Source: Planctomycetota bacterium (GTDB lineage: Bacteria; Planctomycetota; SZUA-567; H5-PLA8). Taken from it: DNA of 35,824 bases. The stretch is taken from assembly GCA_038227875.1 (NCBI GenBank), contig JBBRPR010000079.1, positions 1 to 35,824 of the forward strand, read 5' to 3'. Below, piece after piece: positions 1 through 8,702 of the stretch. Each line of letters begins with the position of its first letter. The first letter of the stretch is position 1. A model generated the notes under the pieces. That model was given only the letters and a program-made list of their open reading frames with translations. It searched no databases and was not told where the DNA came from. Position numbers and translations under genes: made by a program.

Positions 1-158
1 CTGGATTGTAAACCGCGTCTGTCCTGTAGACAAAGCGGTCAATACGAAGCGAGCCCCTTGACGAGGCCGCGAAAGGAAGGTACGTTTCGGTTTCGGCTAC
101 GGACGTTCAACCAATTTCAACAACGGATGGGACATCCGCGGACAGATTCCCCATAATC

Positions 159-182
159 TTAGCGCCCTGAAAGGGCGCCGGA
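159..182 (+). repeat. REP-like hairpin, left copy (TTAG + GCGCCCT-GAA-AGGGCGC-CGGA)
   Basis: Stem 162-168/172-178 with GAA loop; 162-182 is a 20/21 inverted match to 641-661; TTAG at 159-162 at the hairpin foot. Confidence 0.8.
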
Positions 183-185
183 TCA

Positions 186-632
186 CTACCACAGAAAACG
201 AGCGTTGTACGCGACGCCGCTCGTTTTCAGGAGCTTAAGATATTCCTGTTTGAACGAGTAGCGCGTATGTCTGTCTTTCTGATCGCGAACGTATTCGCGC
301 ACGGTCTCTAAAGCTGAGGCGCTTACGGTGAATGCGGCGTAGCCATCCTGCCATTGAAACTTTGGAAAATGAATATCGCTATGTACCCACGTCGACGATG
401 GCGTTTTGATGTCCCGCATGACATTGGCGATGCAATGGGTCGCCTTCAGACCGATGATCAGATGAACGTGATCTGGCATGCCATTGATCTCAATCGGCAC
501 TCCTCCGAGCTTCTTCACGCAACCGCCGAGGTACGCGTGCAGGCGGGATTCCCATTCCGGTGCGATCCATCGCTCGCGATTTTTCGTGCTGAAGATGACG
601 TGATAGTTGAGGCTCAGATGAGTGGATGGCAC
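186..632 (-). mobile_element. tnpA: IS200/IS605-family HUH (Y1) transposase, RAYT-like, no tnpB
   Basis: N-terminal YHVIFSTKNR, HUH motif DHVHL, FQWQDGYAAFTVS, catalytic-helix YVRDQ; GTG start with GGAGG RBS; flanked by hairpins. Confidence 0.92.
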
Positions 633-640
633 GCGTCTCC

Positions 641-740
641 TCCGGCGCCCCTTCAGGGCGCAATGATTAATCGCGAGGCTTTCCGGGGGCTCGGCCTTTC
701 AGGCCGGCCCCCGGCTAAGCTCCAACAGTCCCTTCGGGAC
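641..740 (-). repeat. REP/REPIN-like unit of three hairpins upstream of the transposase
   Basis: Hairpins at 645-661, 683-714 (8-bp outer plus 5-bp inner stem) and 728-740, all with GAA-containing loops on the minus strand; TTAG (715-718, minus strand) abuts the middle stem. Confidence 0.78.
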
Positions 741-926
741 ACGAACATTCTGGCTGGTCTGGCGCGTAATGTTAATTCTAACGGGCACGGAAATGCAATG
801 GGTCTCGTTCCGCAACGCGGAATTCCTCAATCTACCCCTTACGGATAAAAGACATTTCTCCCGCACTCCGTAAACGATTCGCGGTAACAAACGAACATCG
901 CAGTCCGATCACCAATCTTACCCCGT

Positions 927-965
927 CTCCCCCTTCCCTTACAGGGAAGGGGCCCGGGGGTTAGG
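927..965. repeat. Purine/pyrimidine palindromic repeat (CCCCTTCCCT-TAC-AGGGAAGGGG..GGGGGTTAGG)
   Basis: Perfect 10-bp stem 930-939/943-952 followed by a G-rich tail; no U-tract. Confidence 0.6.
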
Positions 966-1051
966 TTTGCGCAAGTAACTCGCGGAAATTTCGGCGCGCT
1001 GTATCTTCTCGTTATCACAGATCGAATTCCACATCTGGGAAGGCCGAGAAG

Positions 1052-1495
1052 ATGAGTGGCGTTAACTTTTTCGAGAGCGTTAAAAATCGCGCGGGGATTG
1101 CGGCGTTTTTGAAGGCGCTGAAATGGGATGAGGACGGGCGCGTCACGGTCGTCGCTCAGGATGCGCGCAATAAGGAAGTGCTCTGCGTCGCGTTCGCTGA
1201 TCGCGTGGCGCTGAGCAAGACCTTGAAGACGGGGCTGATGCATTACTATTCGCGCAGCCGCAAGAGGCTCTGGCTGAAAGGCGAAACGTCCGGACACTTT
1301 CAGAAGCTCGTGGAACTGCGTGTCGATTGCGATGGGGACGCGGTGCTGGCAAAAGTTCATCAGATCAAGGGCAGCTGCCATCTCGGCTTCCGCTCGTGCT
1401 TCAGTTCCACGGTATCACGTAATAAAAAGGGGCAGTGGGTCGTGTCAGTTTCAGGAAAACAGGTGTTTGATCCGGGAAAAGTGTATACTGAGTAA
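1052..1495 (+). CDS. hisI: Phosphoribosyl-AMP cyclohydrolase
   Basis: Motifs VVAQD, YYSRSRKRLWLKGETSGHFQ, DCDGD, SCHLG-RSCF. Confidence 0.95.
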   Translation: MSGVNFFESVKNRAGIAAFLKALKWDEDGRVTVVAQDARNKEVLCVAFADRVALSKTLKTGLMHYYSRSRKRLWLKGETSGHFQKLVELRVDCDGDAVLAKVHQIKGSCHLGFRSCFSSTVSRNKKGQWVVSVSGKQVFDPGKVYTE

Positions 1496-1536
1496 CGTTC
1501 ATTTCGCTTCGCCGGGCTCATAGGATTCCTCCCACA

Positions 1537-1953
1537 ATGACGCGCATTGGCTTCGTTCTGTGTTTTGGTTTGTCGCTGTTTCTCGGCTCCGCACACGCGG
1601 CGGATGCAAAAGGCGCGGAGAAAGATCCGCTCGCCAAATTCTCCGATGACGATTTGATCAAGATCGATTTCTGCTTTGAAAAATTCTGCGCGGCGGTCGC
1701 GGCCAAGGACGCGAAGACCGCGGCGGCGTTTCTCGACGAGATGCCGAAGAACCTCGCCAAGCTGGACCTGAGCAAGGACGCGGACAAGACGACGTTTCTG
1801 AAGGCGTTTGAATCGTTCGTGGGCGCGTCGATCACGGCCTCGCAACGCCTGGCCGGTGGCATCGGGCAGGTGACGTACACGGACAAAGGCGGCGCGGAGA
1901 AGACGCAGCGGATGCAGAACGTCGGCGGGCGCTGGAAGCTGACGGGGCAGTAA
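1537..1953 (+). CDS. Secreted hypothetical protein, possibly NTF2-like fold
   Basis: Signal peptide ending AHA; helix followed by beta strands, ending GGRWKL; host-like codon usage. Confidence 0.7.
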   Translation: MTRIGFVLCFGLSLFLGSAHAADAKGAEKDPLAKFSDDDLIKIDFCFEKFCAAVAAKDAKTAAAFLDEMPKNLAKLDLSKDADKTTFLKAFESFVGASITASQRLAGGIGQVTYTDKGGAEKTQRMQNVGGRWKLTGQ

Positions 1954-2036
1954 TGAATACGGAATGAGTCGGGAACGTCAGGGGGAGTTGAGGGCGGGAG
2001 TCGGGATTCGTAAATCAGAGAGCGAGGAGTGACATC

Positions 2037-2492
2037 ATGAAGAAAAAGTACACGCAGATTGCAGCCATTCTCTTTGCCATGGTGTCCATGGCGGTCATGG
2101 CCGAGCCGATCCTGGCGCAGAAGCCGTTTCTCGCTCGCGTGCGCAAGCACTACCAGCTCGACCGTGCCACCGGCAATTGCAAGCTCTGCCATGAACTCAA
2201 GCCGCGCGAAGAACCCAGCTCGAAGAACCTGAACAAATTCGGCCTCGTGATTCAGGCCGATCCGGACATGAAGCCGCTGCTGGGCAAGGATGAAGACTAT
2301 AAGTTCAGCGAGAAGGAATTGGATATTCTCGAGAAGGTCGTCGTGAAACACGAGAACGAAGACAGCGACGGCGACGGCGCGACGAACAAGGAAGAACTGG
2401 ACCTCGGCACGTTCCCCGGTGACGCGACGAACACGCCGGACAAAGCGAAGCTGGAGAAGTACCGCAAGGAGCATCCGGCTGAGAAGAAGTAG
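2037..2492 (+). CDS. Secreted monoheme c-type cytochrome-like protein with DSDGDG Ca-binding-like motif (paralog 1)
   Basis: GAGGAG RBS, signal peptide, CKLCH, LNKFG, DSDGDGATNKEELDLGTFPGD. Confidence 0.8.
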   Translation: MKKKYTQIAAILFAMVSMAVMAEPILAQKPFLARVRKHYQLDRATGNCKLCHELKPREEPSSKNLNKFGLVIQADPDMKPLLGKDEDYKFSEKELDILEKVVVKHENEDSDGDGATNKEELDLGTFPGDATNTPDKAKLEKYRKEHPAEKK

Positions 2493-2532
2493 GCGCGGAG
2501 CGCGCTGACGCGCGAAGGGTCAGGGGTCAGAG

Positions 2533-2985
2533 GTGGGGGGTAAGCGCGTGCGGGTCGTGACTCTTATTCTCGTGATCGCGGCGCTGAGTTGGCTGGCGGG
2601 GCCGGCGTTGGCGCAGAAACCGTTCAAGGAATTTGTGCAGACGCATTTCAGTCTCAGCGCGGCGCAGAACAAATGTACGTTCTGTCATGGCGAAAAGAAG
2701 GGGCCGAGCAAGGAAAACTTGAACGACTTCGGCAAAGCAATTCAGGCCGATCCGGATATGAAACCGCTGCTTAACAAAAAAGTTGGATACGAGTATTCGG
2801 CCCAGGAGTTGGCGATCCTCGGGAAGGTGATTGAGAAGCTGGGGCCGAAGGATTCCGACGGCGACGGCGTGACCAACGCGGAGGAAATCGCACTGGGCAC
2901 AATGCCCGGCGATACCAAGAGCACGCCGGCTCCGGTGGATGTCGAGGCGTATCGGAAGAAGCACGCGGGAGACGCTAAGAAGTAG
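2533..2985 (+). CDS. Secreted monoheme c-type cytochrome-like protein with DSDGDG motif (paralog 2); start may be GTG 2548
   Basis: Signal peptide ending ALA, CTFCH, LNDFG, IQADPDMKPLL identical to paralog 1, DSDGDGVTNAEEIALGTMPGD. Confidence 0.8.
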   Translation: MGGKRVRVVTLILVIAALSWLAGPALAQKPFKEFVQTHFSLSAAQNKCTFCHGEKKGPSKENLNDFGKAIQADPDMKPLLNKKVGYEYSAQELAILGKVIEKLGPKDSDGDGVTNAEEIALGTMPGDTKSTPAPVDVEAYRKKHAGDAKK

Positions 2986-3017
2986 CGCGGTCTGCGGGCG
3001 AGGGGCCAGAGATTGGG

Positions 3018-3048
3018 AAACTCGCCGCGCGATGCGGCGAGTTTTTTT
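3018..3048 (+). terminator. Rho-independent terminator
   Basis: AAACTCGCCGC-GCGAT-GCGGCGAGTTT with the T run continuing to 3048, 33 nt after the 2985 stop. Confidence 0.85.
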
Positions 3049-3156
3049 GTTGGAGCATTGCTAAACCCTTGCGGATGGTCTTGAACCGTCCTGTAGTTTC
3101 CAACTTCACGGACTTCCGCTAAAAAGTGGCGATCAACCTTGAACCAGGGAGAACTC

Positions 3157-4284
3157 ATGGCTGCTCAGAAAAAGATTCGCGTTGCTGTCGTTGGGTGTGG
3201 GTCGATTGGGCAGATTATGCATCTGCCGTTCATCACGCAGTTGTCGGACACGTTTGAGCTCACGGCCATCTGCGATATTTCGCCTGGGGTGTTGAGCTAC
3301 TGTGGGGAGCGCTACCACGTTCCGGAGAAGCATCGCTTCACCAGCGTCGAGGCGATGCTGCAGACGGCCACGCCGGACGCGGTCGTGGTCTGCGACCTGC
3401 TGCATTCCGATCCGGCGCTCGCGGCCTTGAAGGCCGGCTGCCACGTGATGTGCGAAAAGCCGATGGCTCACAGCCTGCCGGAGTGCGACGAACTGCTCGA
3501 CGCGGCGGCCAAGTCGGGCAAGACGTTCATGATCGGCTACATGAAGCGCTACGATCCGAATTACGAGTACGCGCAGTCGCGCGTGGCGAAGATGAAGGAC
3601 ATCTTCCACGTTCGCGCGCATGACTTCGTCGGGCCTAATCCGTCGTTCATCGCGGACATCCATGACGTTCGCGTCTTTAAGGACGTGAAGGATACGACGA
3701 CGCAGACGCTGATTTCCAAGCGCATGGAAAGCGCCATCGGCACCGGCGATGCGGACGCGAACTGGATGTACATGATGCTGCTGTATCTGTGCTCGCACGA
3801 TCTGACGATTCTGCGCGGCATGTTCGGCAGCCCGAAGAAGATCACCGCGGCGCTGTACAGCAAAACCGGAAAAACGTTCCACGCGCTGATGGACTACGGC
3901 CCGTACATGACCGGCGTGTTTGAATTCGGCACGTACGATCTGAAGAAATTCGACGAAGAGCTGTCGATCTACAGCAAGACGGAAGTGGTAAAGGTTCAGT
4001 TTCCCAGCCCCTACATTCCGTACGCGGCGACGGAGGTCGAGGTCTGGGAAGCCGAAGGCCCGGGACGCGCGGAGCGGCCGGACCGTCCGGATCTTCCGAC
4101 GGGTCCGGCGGGGCAGGGATTCAAAGTCAGCCGCGTGACGGCCAGCTACGACGAAGCGTTCCGCCGCGAGCTGCAGCATTTCGCGCACTGCATCCACACG
4201 GGTGAGAAGCCGCGCACGACGCCAGAGGAAGGCCGCGAAGACGTGAGGTTGTGTATCGAGATGGCGAAAAAGGCGCTGGGCTAA
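3157..4284 (+). CDS. Gfo/Idh/MocA family NAD(P)-dependent oxidoreductase
   Basis: RVAVVGCGSIG Rossmann motif, HVMCEKP, GYMKRYDP; ATG 3157 preceded by GGGAGA. Confidence 0.92.
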   Translation: MAAQKKIRVAVVGCGSIGQIMHLPFITQLSDTFELTAICDISPGVLSYCGERYHVPEKHRFTSVEAMLQTATPDAVVVCDLLHSDPALAALKAGCHVMCEKPMAHSLPECDELLDAAAKSGKTFMIGYMKRYDPNYEYAQSRVAKMKDIFHVRAHDFVGPNPSFIADIHDVRVFKDVKDTTTQTLISKRMESAIGTGDADANWMYMMLLYLCSHDLTILRGMFGSPKKITAALYSKTGKTFHALMDYGPYMTGVFEFGTYDLKKFDEELSIYSKTEVVKVQFPSPYIPYAATEVEVWEAEGPGRAERPDRPDLPTGPAGQGFKVSRVTASYDEAFRRELQHFAHCIHTGEKPRTTPEEGREDVRLCIEMAKKALG

Positions 4285-4364
4285 ATCCAGCAAATGGAAA
4301 ATTTTCCATATGCTGTGTTGTACGTTGGAACCTGGTAACGAATTCGTTACCGCTCGAGTTAAAA

Positions 4365-4393
4365 AAAACTGCGCCGAGATTCGGCGCAGTTTT
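4365..4393. terminator. Bidirectional intrinsic terminator between convergent genes
   Basis: AAAACTGCGCCGA-GAT-TCGGCGCAGTTTT with an A tract on the left and T tracts on the right. Confidence 0.85.
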
Positions 4394-4421
4394 CATTTTT
4401 TCAGGATGGATTGAACTGAAT

Positions 4422-5174
4422 TTAGCGACGTCCGCCGCCGCGGGAGAAACCGCCGCCGCCCCGACCGTAGCTGTAGCCGCTGCCACCGTGGTAGCCGCCA
4501 CCGTAGTATCCGCCGCCGCCGTGATAGCCACCGTATCCACCGTGGTATCCACCGTGGTAGCCACCATAGTAGCCGCCGTAGTATCCATTTCCGCAGTAAC
4601 CACCGTGACCGTAGTGACCGCCGAACGAGAAGCCAATCGACAGACCACTATAGTACGGGTAGCCACCGTAGTAGCTTGAGTAGTACGGGTAGCCGCCGTA
4701 GTAGACGGGGTAACCGGCATCCACATACGTTACCGTTGACGGGACAACGTAAGTTGAAGGCTGGATGTAGGTTGTCGTTGCCGGGGCGATCACCTGGGGT
4801 TCGGACTGTACCGGCGCCTGTTCGGTCGTCGGCTGATCGGCGACTCGGCGAGCGGCGATGGTTGCATCAGTCTTACGCAGCCAGCCGTGGTCGGTGACGG
4901 TCTTGTTGGACAGCGGTCCAACGTTGAGCGGTGTGTTTTCATTACCCTTGATCAGGGCAAGGATTACATCGTCGGAAACCTTGTGGTCTTTGAGCGCGAT
5001 GATGTTTTCGGCGCTGGCTTGGAAAGCGGGCTGTTGCTGGGCCCATGCAAGAATGACGTCTTTGTTGACTCCGCCCTCGGTCAGTCTGATCGTGTCGCTG
5101 ACGACGTCAGCAGCCATTACCGATGCACCGACACAGAGCACAGCCACCAAAAGGACTTTTTTCGCTATGAACAT
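4422..5174 (-). CDS. Secreted protein with small helical N-terminal domain and Gly/Tyr/His-rich low-complexity tail
   Basis: GAGGAG RBS before ATG 5174; signal peptide; GVNKDVIL/KVSDDVILAL helical repeat; GGYY/GGYH repeats; RGGG tail. Confidence 0.82.
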   Translation of the reverse strand: MFIAKKVLLVAVLCVGASVMAADVVSDTIRLTEGGVNKDVILAWAQQQPAFQASAENIIALKDHKVSDDVILALIKGNENTPLNVGPLSNKTVTDHGWLRKTDATIAARRVADQPTTEQAPVQSEPQVIAPATTTYIQPSTYVVPSTVTYVDAGYPVYYGGYPYYSSYYGGYPYYSGLSIGFSFGGHYGHGGYCGNGYYGGYYGGYHGGYHGGYGGYHGGGGYYGGGYHGGSGYSYGRGGGGFSRGGGRR

Positions 5175-5353
5175 CGTGTAACTCCTCCTCACGGTTGTCT
5201 TTCTATATTATACGACGCGTGTCACGCATTATTCATCGGTTTTTTCGGATTTACAACTCATCGTTTTACGACTTACCCTACAGGCGCGTCCTTTTAATTG
5301 TGGTAAGCTCAAGCTGCTGTTGTACTAGCTGGTCCGACCCGTGGGTCCCATTA

Positions 5354-6265
5354 ATGGCAAAATTTTCAGCAGAAGCCTATCTTCGTCCCGAAATCATTCG
5401 CCAAGTCCAGCGCTTCGATCTGAAGGCGAAGTTTGTGATGGAGGGGTTTCTCTCGGGGCTGCATGGTTCTCCATTTAAGGGCTTCTCGGTAGAGTTCTCC
5501 GAACACCGCAAGTACGTCCGCGGGGACGACGTGCGCAGCATCGACTTTAAGCTCTGGTCGCGCACGAATCGTTATTACGTCAAACAGTACGAAGCCGAAA
5601 CGAACCTGACCGGCACGCTGATCGTCGATGTTTCCGCGAGCATGGGCTACGCAGGCAAGCCCGGCGCGCTGACGAAACTGGAATACGCGACGTACCTGGC
5701 CGGGGCAATGGCGTACTTGATGGTCCATCAGCAGGACCCTGTCGGGCTGATCACGTGCGGCGACAAGATACACAATTACTTGAAGCCGAAAAGCCGGCCA
5801 TCGCATCTGCTCTCGATTTTGAAAGTGTTGTCGACGACGCAGCCGAGCGGGCCGACGCGACTGGCGGAGAATCTGCACCAGATCGCCGAGATGATCGATC
5901 ACCGCGGCATGGTGATGATTTTTTCAGATCTGCTCGACGACGCGGGCGAAGAGAAGGTGCTCGACGCGCTGGCGCATCTGCGTTACCGCGGACACGATGT
6001 GATTCTGTTCCAGATTTTTGACGCGGCGGAGACGCAGTTTCCGTTCACGGAGTTCACGCGGTTTGAGGACATTGAAGACACGTCGAACACGCTGACGGCC
6101 GACCCGCTCTCGCTGCGCGCGGCGTACCTGACTGAAGTGAAGGCGTTTTTGCAGCGGTACAAGGACGAATGCATCAAGCGGCACATCGATTTCGTGCCGA
6201 TCGATACGTCGGCGAGTTTTGATAAGGCGTTGATGGCGTACTTGCAGATGCGCACACGCGGATAA
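5354..6265 (+). CDS. DUF58 (VWA-like) protein of MoxR-associated clusters
   Basis: GLHGSPFKGFSVEFSEHRKY..GDD.RSIDFK, VKQYEAETN, DVSASM; ATG 5354 chosen over the upstream ORF start. Confidence 0.92.
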   Translation: MAKFSAEAYLRPEIIRQVQRFDLKAKFVMEGFLSGLHGSPFKGFSVEFSEHRKYVRGDDVRSIDFKLWSRTNRYYVKQYEAETNLTGTLIVDVSASMGYAGKPGALTKLEYATYLAGAMAYLMVHQQDPVGLITCGDKIHNYLKPKSRPSHLLSILKVLSTTQPSGPTRLAENLHQIAEMIDHRGMVMIFSDLLDDAGEEKVLDALAHLRYRGHDVILFQIFDAAETQFPFTEFTRFEDIEDTSNTLTADPLSLRAAYLTEVKAFLQRYKDECIKRHIDFVPIDTSASFDKALMAYLQMRTRG

Positions 6266-6272
6266 TTAGAGA

Positions 6273-8702
6273 ATGTTTGAAGCGCCACTTCTACTCTGGG
6301 GAATGATCGCTGCGGCCGTGCCCGTGATTCTGCATCTCACAGGGCGTAGCCAGCCGATCGTTCATCGCTTTCCGGGGATGCGCTTCATTTTGAAATCGCA
6401 GCGGGCCAGCTCGCGCGCGTTTCGGTTGAAACATTGGCTCGTGCTGCTGCTGCGGATTCTGGCGGTGCTGTTGATCTGCCTGGCGCTGGCGCGGCCCTAT
6501 CTGGGGTCCAGCGGCGTGGCGGCGTGCGGGACGTTTTTTGGCGTGATTCTCGCGGCGGCGACGGGGTGGGCGCTCTTCCGGCGTGAATTTATCGCGGGGG
6601 CGGTGACGCTGTTGGCGTTGCTGGCGCTGTATTCGTCGCTGCCGGATCTGTCGCCGCAGTTGGTCGGATCGCTGCACGGCGACGTTGTGATCGTGCTCGA
6701 TCAGTCGCTGAGCATGGCGTATCAGGAGTCCGACGCGTCGCGCTTTGAACGCGCCAAGCGGCAGGCATCCGAACTGCTCGACCGGCTTTCGGCCGATTCC
6801 CGCGTGGCACTGCTGCTGGCGGGAAAAAATGTCGATCGGGCGCAGGGACGCCTGACCTATCGCATCGATGCGGTTCGCGAGAAATTGAAGGAGGCGAAAC
6901 CCACGGCCGGCGGGTTGGATTTGGGTCGAGCTCTACAGGCGGCCGAGGAAATTCTGGCGCGCGATGCTTCGGCGCGCACTGAAGGCGCGCCCAAGCAGAT
7001 TGTGTTCTTCAGCGATCTGCAGCGCAACGCGTTTGAAGCGTACGCGTCGAATCACGTGATGGCTGTCACGCCAAAGGACGCGCCGGCGAAGCCGAGCCTC
7101 GTACTTGTCGACGTGGGGTCGGATGAAGCGCGCAACGGCGGCGTGCTGGGGCTGTCGCTGCCGGGAACGATTTTGCCTGTCGATTCGACCGAAACGCTGA
7201 CGGCCAAAGTGCGGCTGATGGACAGCAATCACGCCAGCCTGGTCGAATTGTTTCTGGACGGCAAACGTGTGGATCAAAACCAGATTAATGGCGGCGGGCG
7301 CGACGTGGTGGATGTTGAATTCCGCTTCCAGACCGGGGCGCCGGGGCCGCATGGGCTGACGGTGCGGCTGGCGGATTCCGACCGGCTGCCGCTGGATCAG
7401 GAATGCCACGTGACGTACGTCGCCGGCCGGCCGGACCGCGCGTTGATACTGGAATCTCCCGCGGGTGCCGGCAGTGCCGACAAGCACGGTACGGGATTTT
7501 TTATCGACAAGGCCCTCGATCCGGAATCATCCAGCGACGAGGAAGCGGTGATGGGGATGAGCGGCGTGACCAGCGTGCTCAAACCAGCGGAAGAATTGAA
7601 CGCGGCGAAGCTGGCCAACTACAAGGTTGTGATTCTCGCCGACAGCGGGAGTTTAAGCGAAAATTCATGGGCAGCGCTGCAGCAGTGGACCAACGACGGC
7701 GGCGGTCTGTTTGTCTGGGCCGGTTCGAACACCGATCCGGCCTCGCTGAAGAAGTACGGCTTTCAGGAATTTGCGATTCACCGCGGACTGCTGCCGGCGA
7801 CGATCAACGAAATGGTGACGCTCGATCCGCCGCAGGATGTGAAGATCGTTGCGCCCGAGCACCCGCTGCTGGCGCACTTCACGCAGGATGTGTCGCGCGA
7901 TTTGAGCCGCACGCAGGTGCGCCGGATGCTCAAAGTTTCTCCCGACAACGGTGAGGGTGGAAGCGCGGTCGTGCTCAGTGCAGCCGATTCACCGCTGTTG
8001 CTGGAGAAAAGTTACGGCCGCGGTCGCGTGCTGATGTTCACCATCGATCCGGGCCTGGGCTGCAGCGACCTGGTGAAGCACGGCGGGTCGTTCGTCACGT
8101 TGATGCTCGACGCGGTACGTTTGCTGGCGCAGAGCGAGGGCGATGTTCATGCGCGTTTCGGCCAGCTGCTGGCACTGACGTTGCCGGTCGGGGCGGCGGA
8201 TGGCAAGGTCTATTGGACGCAGCCGGGAGCCACGGATGCGAAGGTGCTGCGCGCGGAAAATCTCAACGTCGACGCCACGCCGGGTTCCAAGCCGGTCGCC
8301 GGGCCTGTAACACTGAGCGTGCCGCCGCTGATGATGACGGGTTTGCATCGTTTCAGTTGGACGCCCGCCAATTCGAAAACACCGGTGCAGCGCATCCTCG
8401 CCGTGAATCACGACGCGAGCGAAGTGGACTTGAGCAAGATCAAGAAAGCCGACGCCGAAAAAATCTTCGGCGAGGCCAAGCCGGAGATCGTCAAGAGCTA
8501 CATCGACGCGATGCTGTTCAAGGCGCAGGCGACGGCGAGCTCCGAAGAGCGGCGGCATGAATTTTCGGCATCGCTGATCGTGGTGTTGCTGGCGCTGCTG
8601 CTGGCGGAGAGTTTTCTCTCCAACCGTTTCTACCGCGGCGACGATGAATCCGTGAGCGCGGTCGCGGACGCGAACGCGGAGGTGGCGCATGGCGCAAGCT
8701 GA
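6273..8702 (+). CDS. BatA N-terminal double-TM domain plus VWA domain membrane protein
   Basis: PVILHL...FPGMRF...LLLRIL..LALARP BatA motif; MIDAS-like DQSLSM and FSDLQ; GGGLFVW GATase-like segment; C-terminal TM LLLAESFL. Confidence 0.88.
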   Translation: MFEAPLLLWGMIAAAVPVILHLTGRSQPIVHRFPGMRFILKSQRASSRAFRLKHWLVLLLRILAVLLICLALARPYLGSSGVAACGTFFGVILAAATGWALFRREFIAGAVTLLALLALYSSLPDLSPQLVGSLHGDVVIVLDQSLSMAYQESDASRFERAKRQASELLDRLSADSRVALLLAGKNVDRAQGRLTYRIDAVREKLKEAKPTAGGLDLGRALQAAEEILARDASARTEGAPKQIVFFSDLQRNAFEAYASNHVMAVTPKDAPAKPSLVLVDVGSDEARNGGVLGLSLPGTILPVDSTETLTAKVRLMDSNHASLVELFLDGKRVDQNQINGGGRDVVDVEFRFQTGAPGPHGLTVRLADSDRLPLDQECHVTYVAGRPDRALILESPAGAGSADKHGTGFFIDKALDPESSSDEEAVMGMSGVTSVLKPAEELNAAKLANYKVVILADSGSLSENSWAALQQWTNDGGGLFVWAGSNTDPASLKKYGFQEFAIHRGLLPATINEMVTLDPPQDVKIVAPEHPLLAHFTQDVSRDLSRTQVRRMLKVSPDNGEGGSAVVLSAADSPLLLEKSYGRGRVLMFTIDPGLGCSDLVKHGGSFVTLMLDAVRLLAQSEGDVHARFGQLLALTLPVGAADGKVYWTQPGATDAKVLRAENLNVDATPGSKPVAGPVTLSVPPLMMTGLHRFSWTPANSKTPVQRILAVNHDASEVDLSKIKKADAEKIFGEAKPEIVKSYIDAMLFKAQATASSEERRHEFSASLIVVLLALLLAESFLSNRFYRGDDESVSAVADANAEVAHGAS

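Noticed and set aside
758..786. Faint resemblance to a XerCD dif site (GCGCGTAATGTTAATT)
   Set aside because: No proper 11-6-11 arrangement with a TTATGTTAAAT-like XerD arm
783..797. GGCACG...ATGCA sigma-54-like site upstream of hisI
   Set aside because: Spacing is GG-N9-GC when aligned on GGCACG, but RpoN requires N10
3133..4293. 386-aa antisense ORF
   Set aside because: Shadow of the clearly recognisable Gfo/Idh/MocA gene; typical of high-GC DNA and has no motifs
4440..4710. Short direct repeats that could be mistaken for a CRISPR array
   Set aside because: Degenerate 12-30 nt units without unique spacers, explained by the GGY-repeat protein
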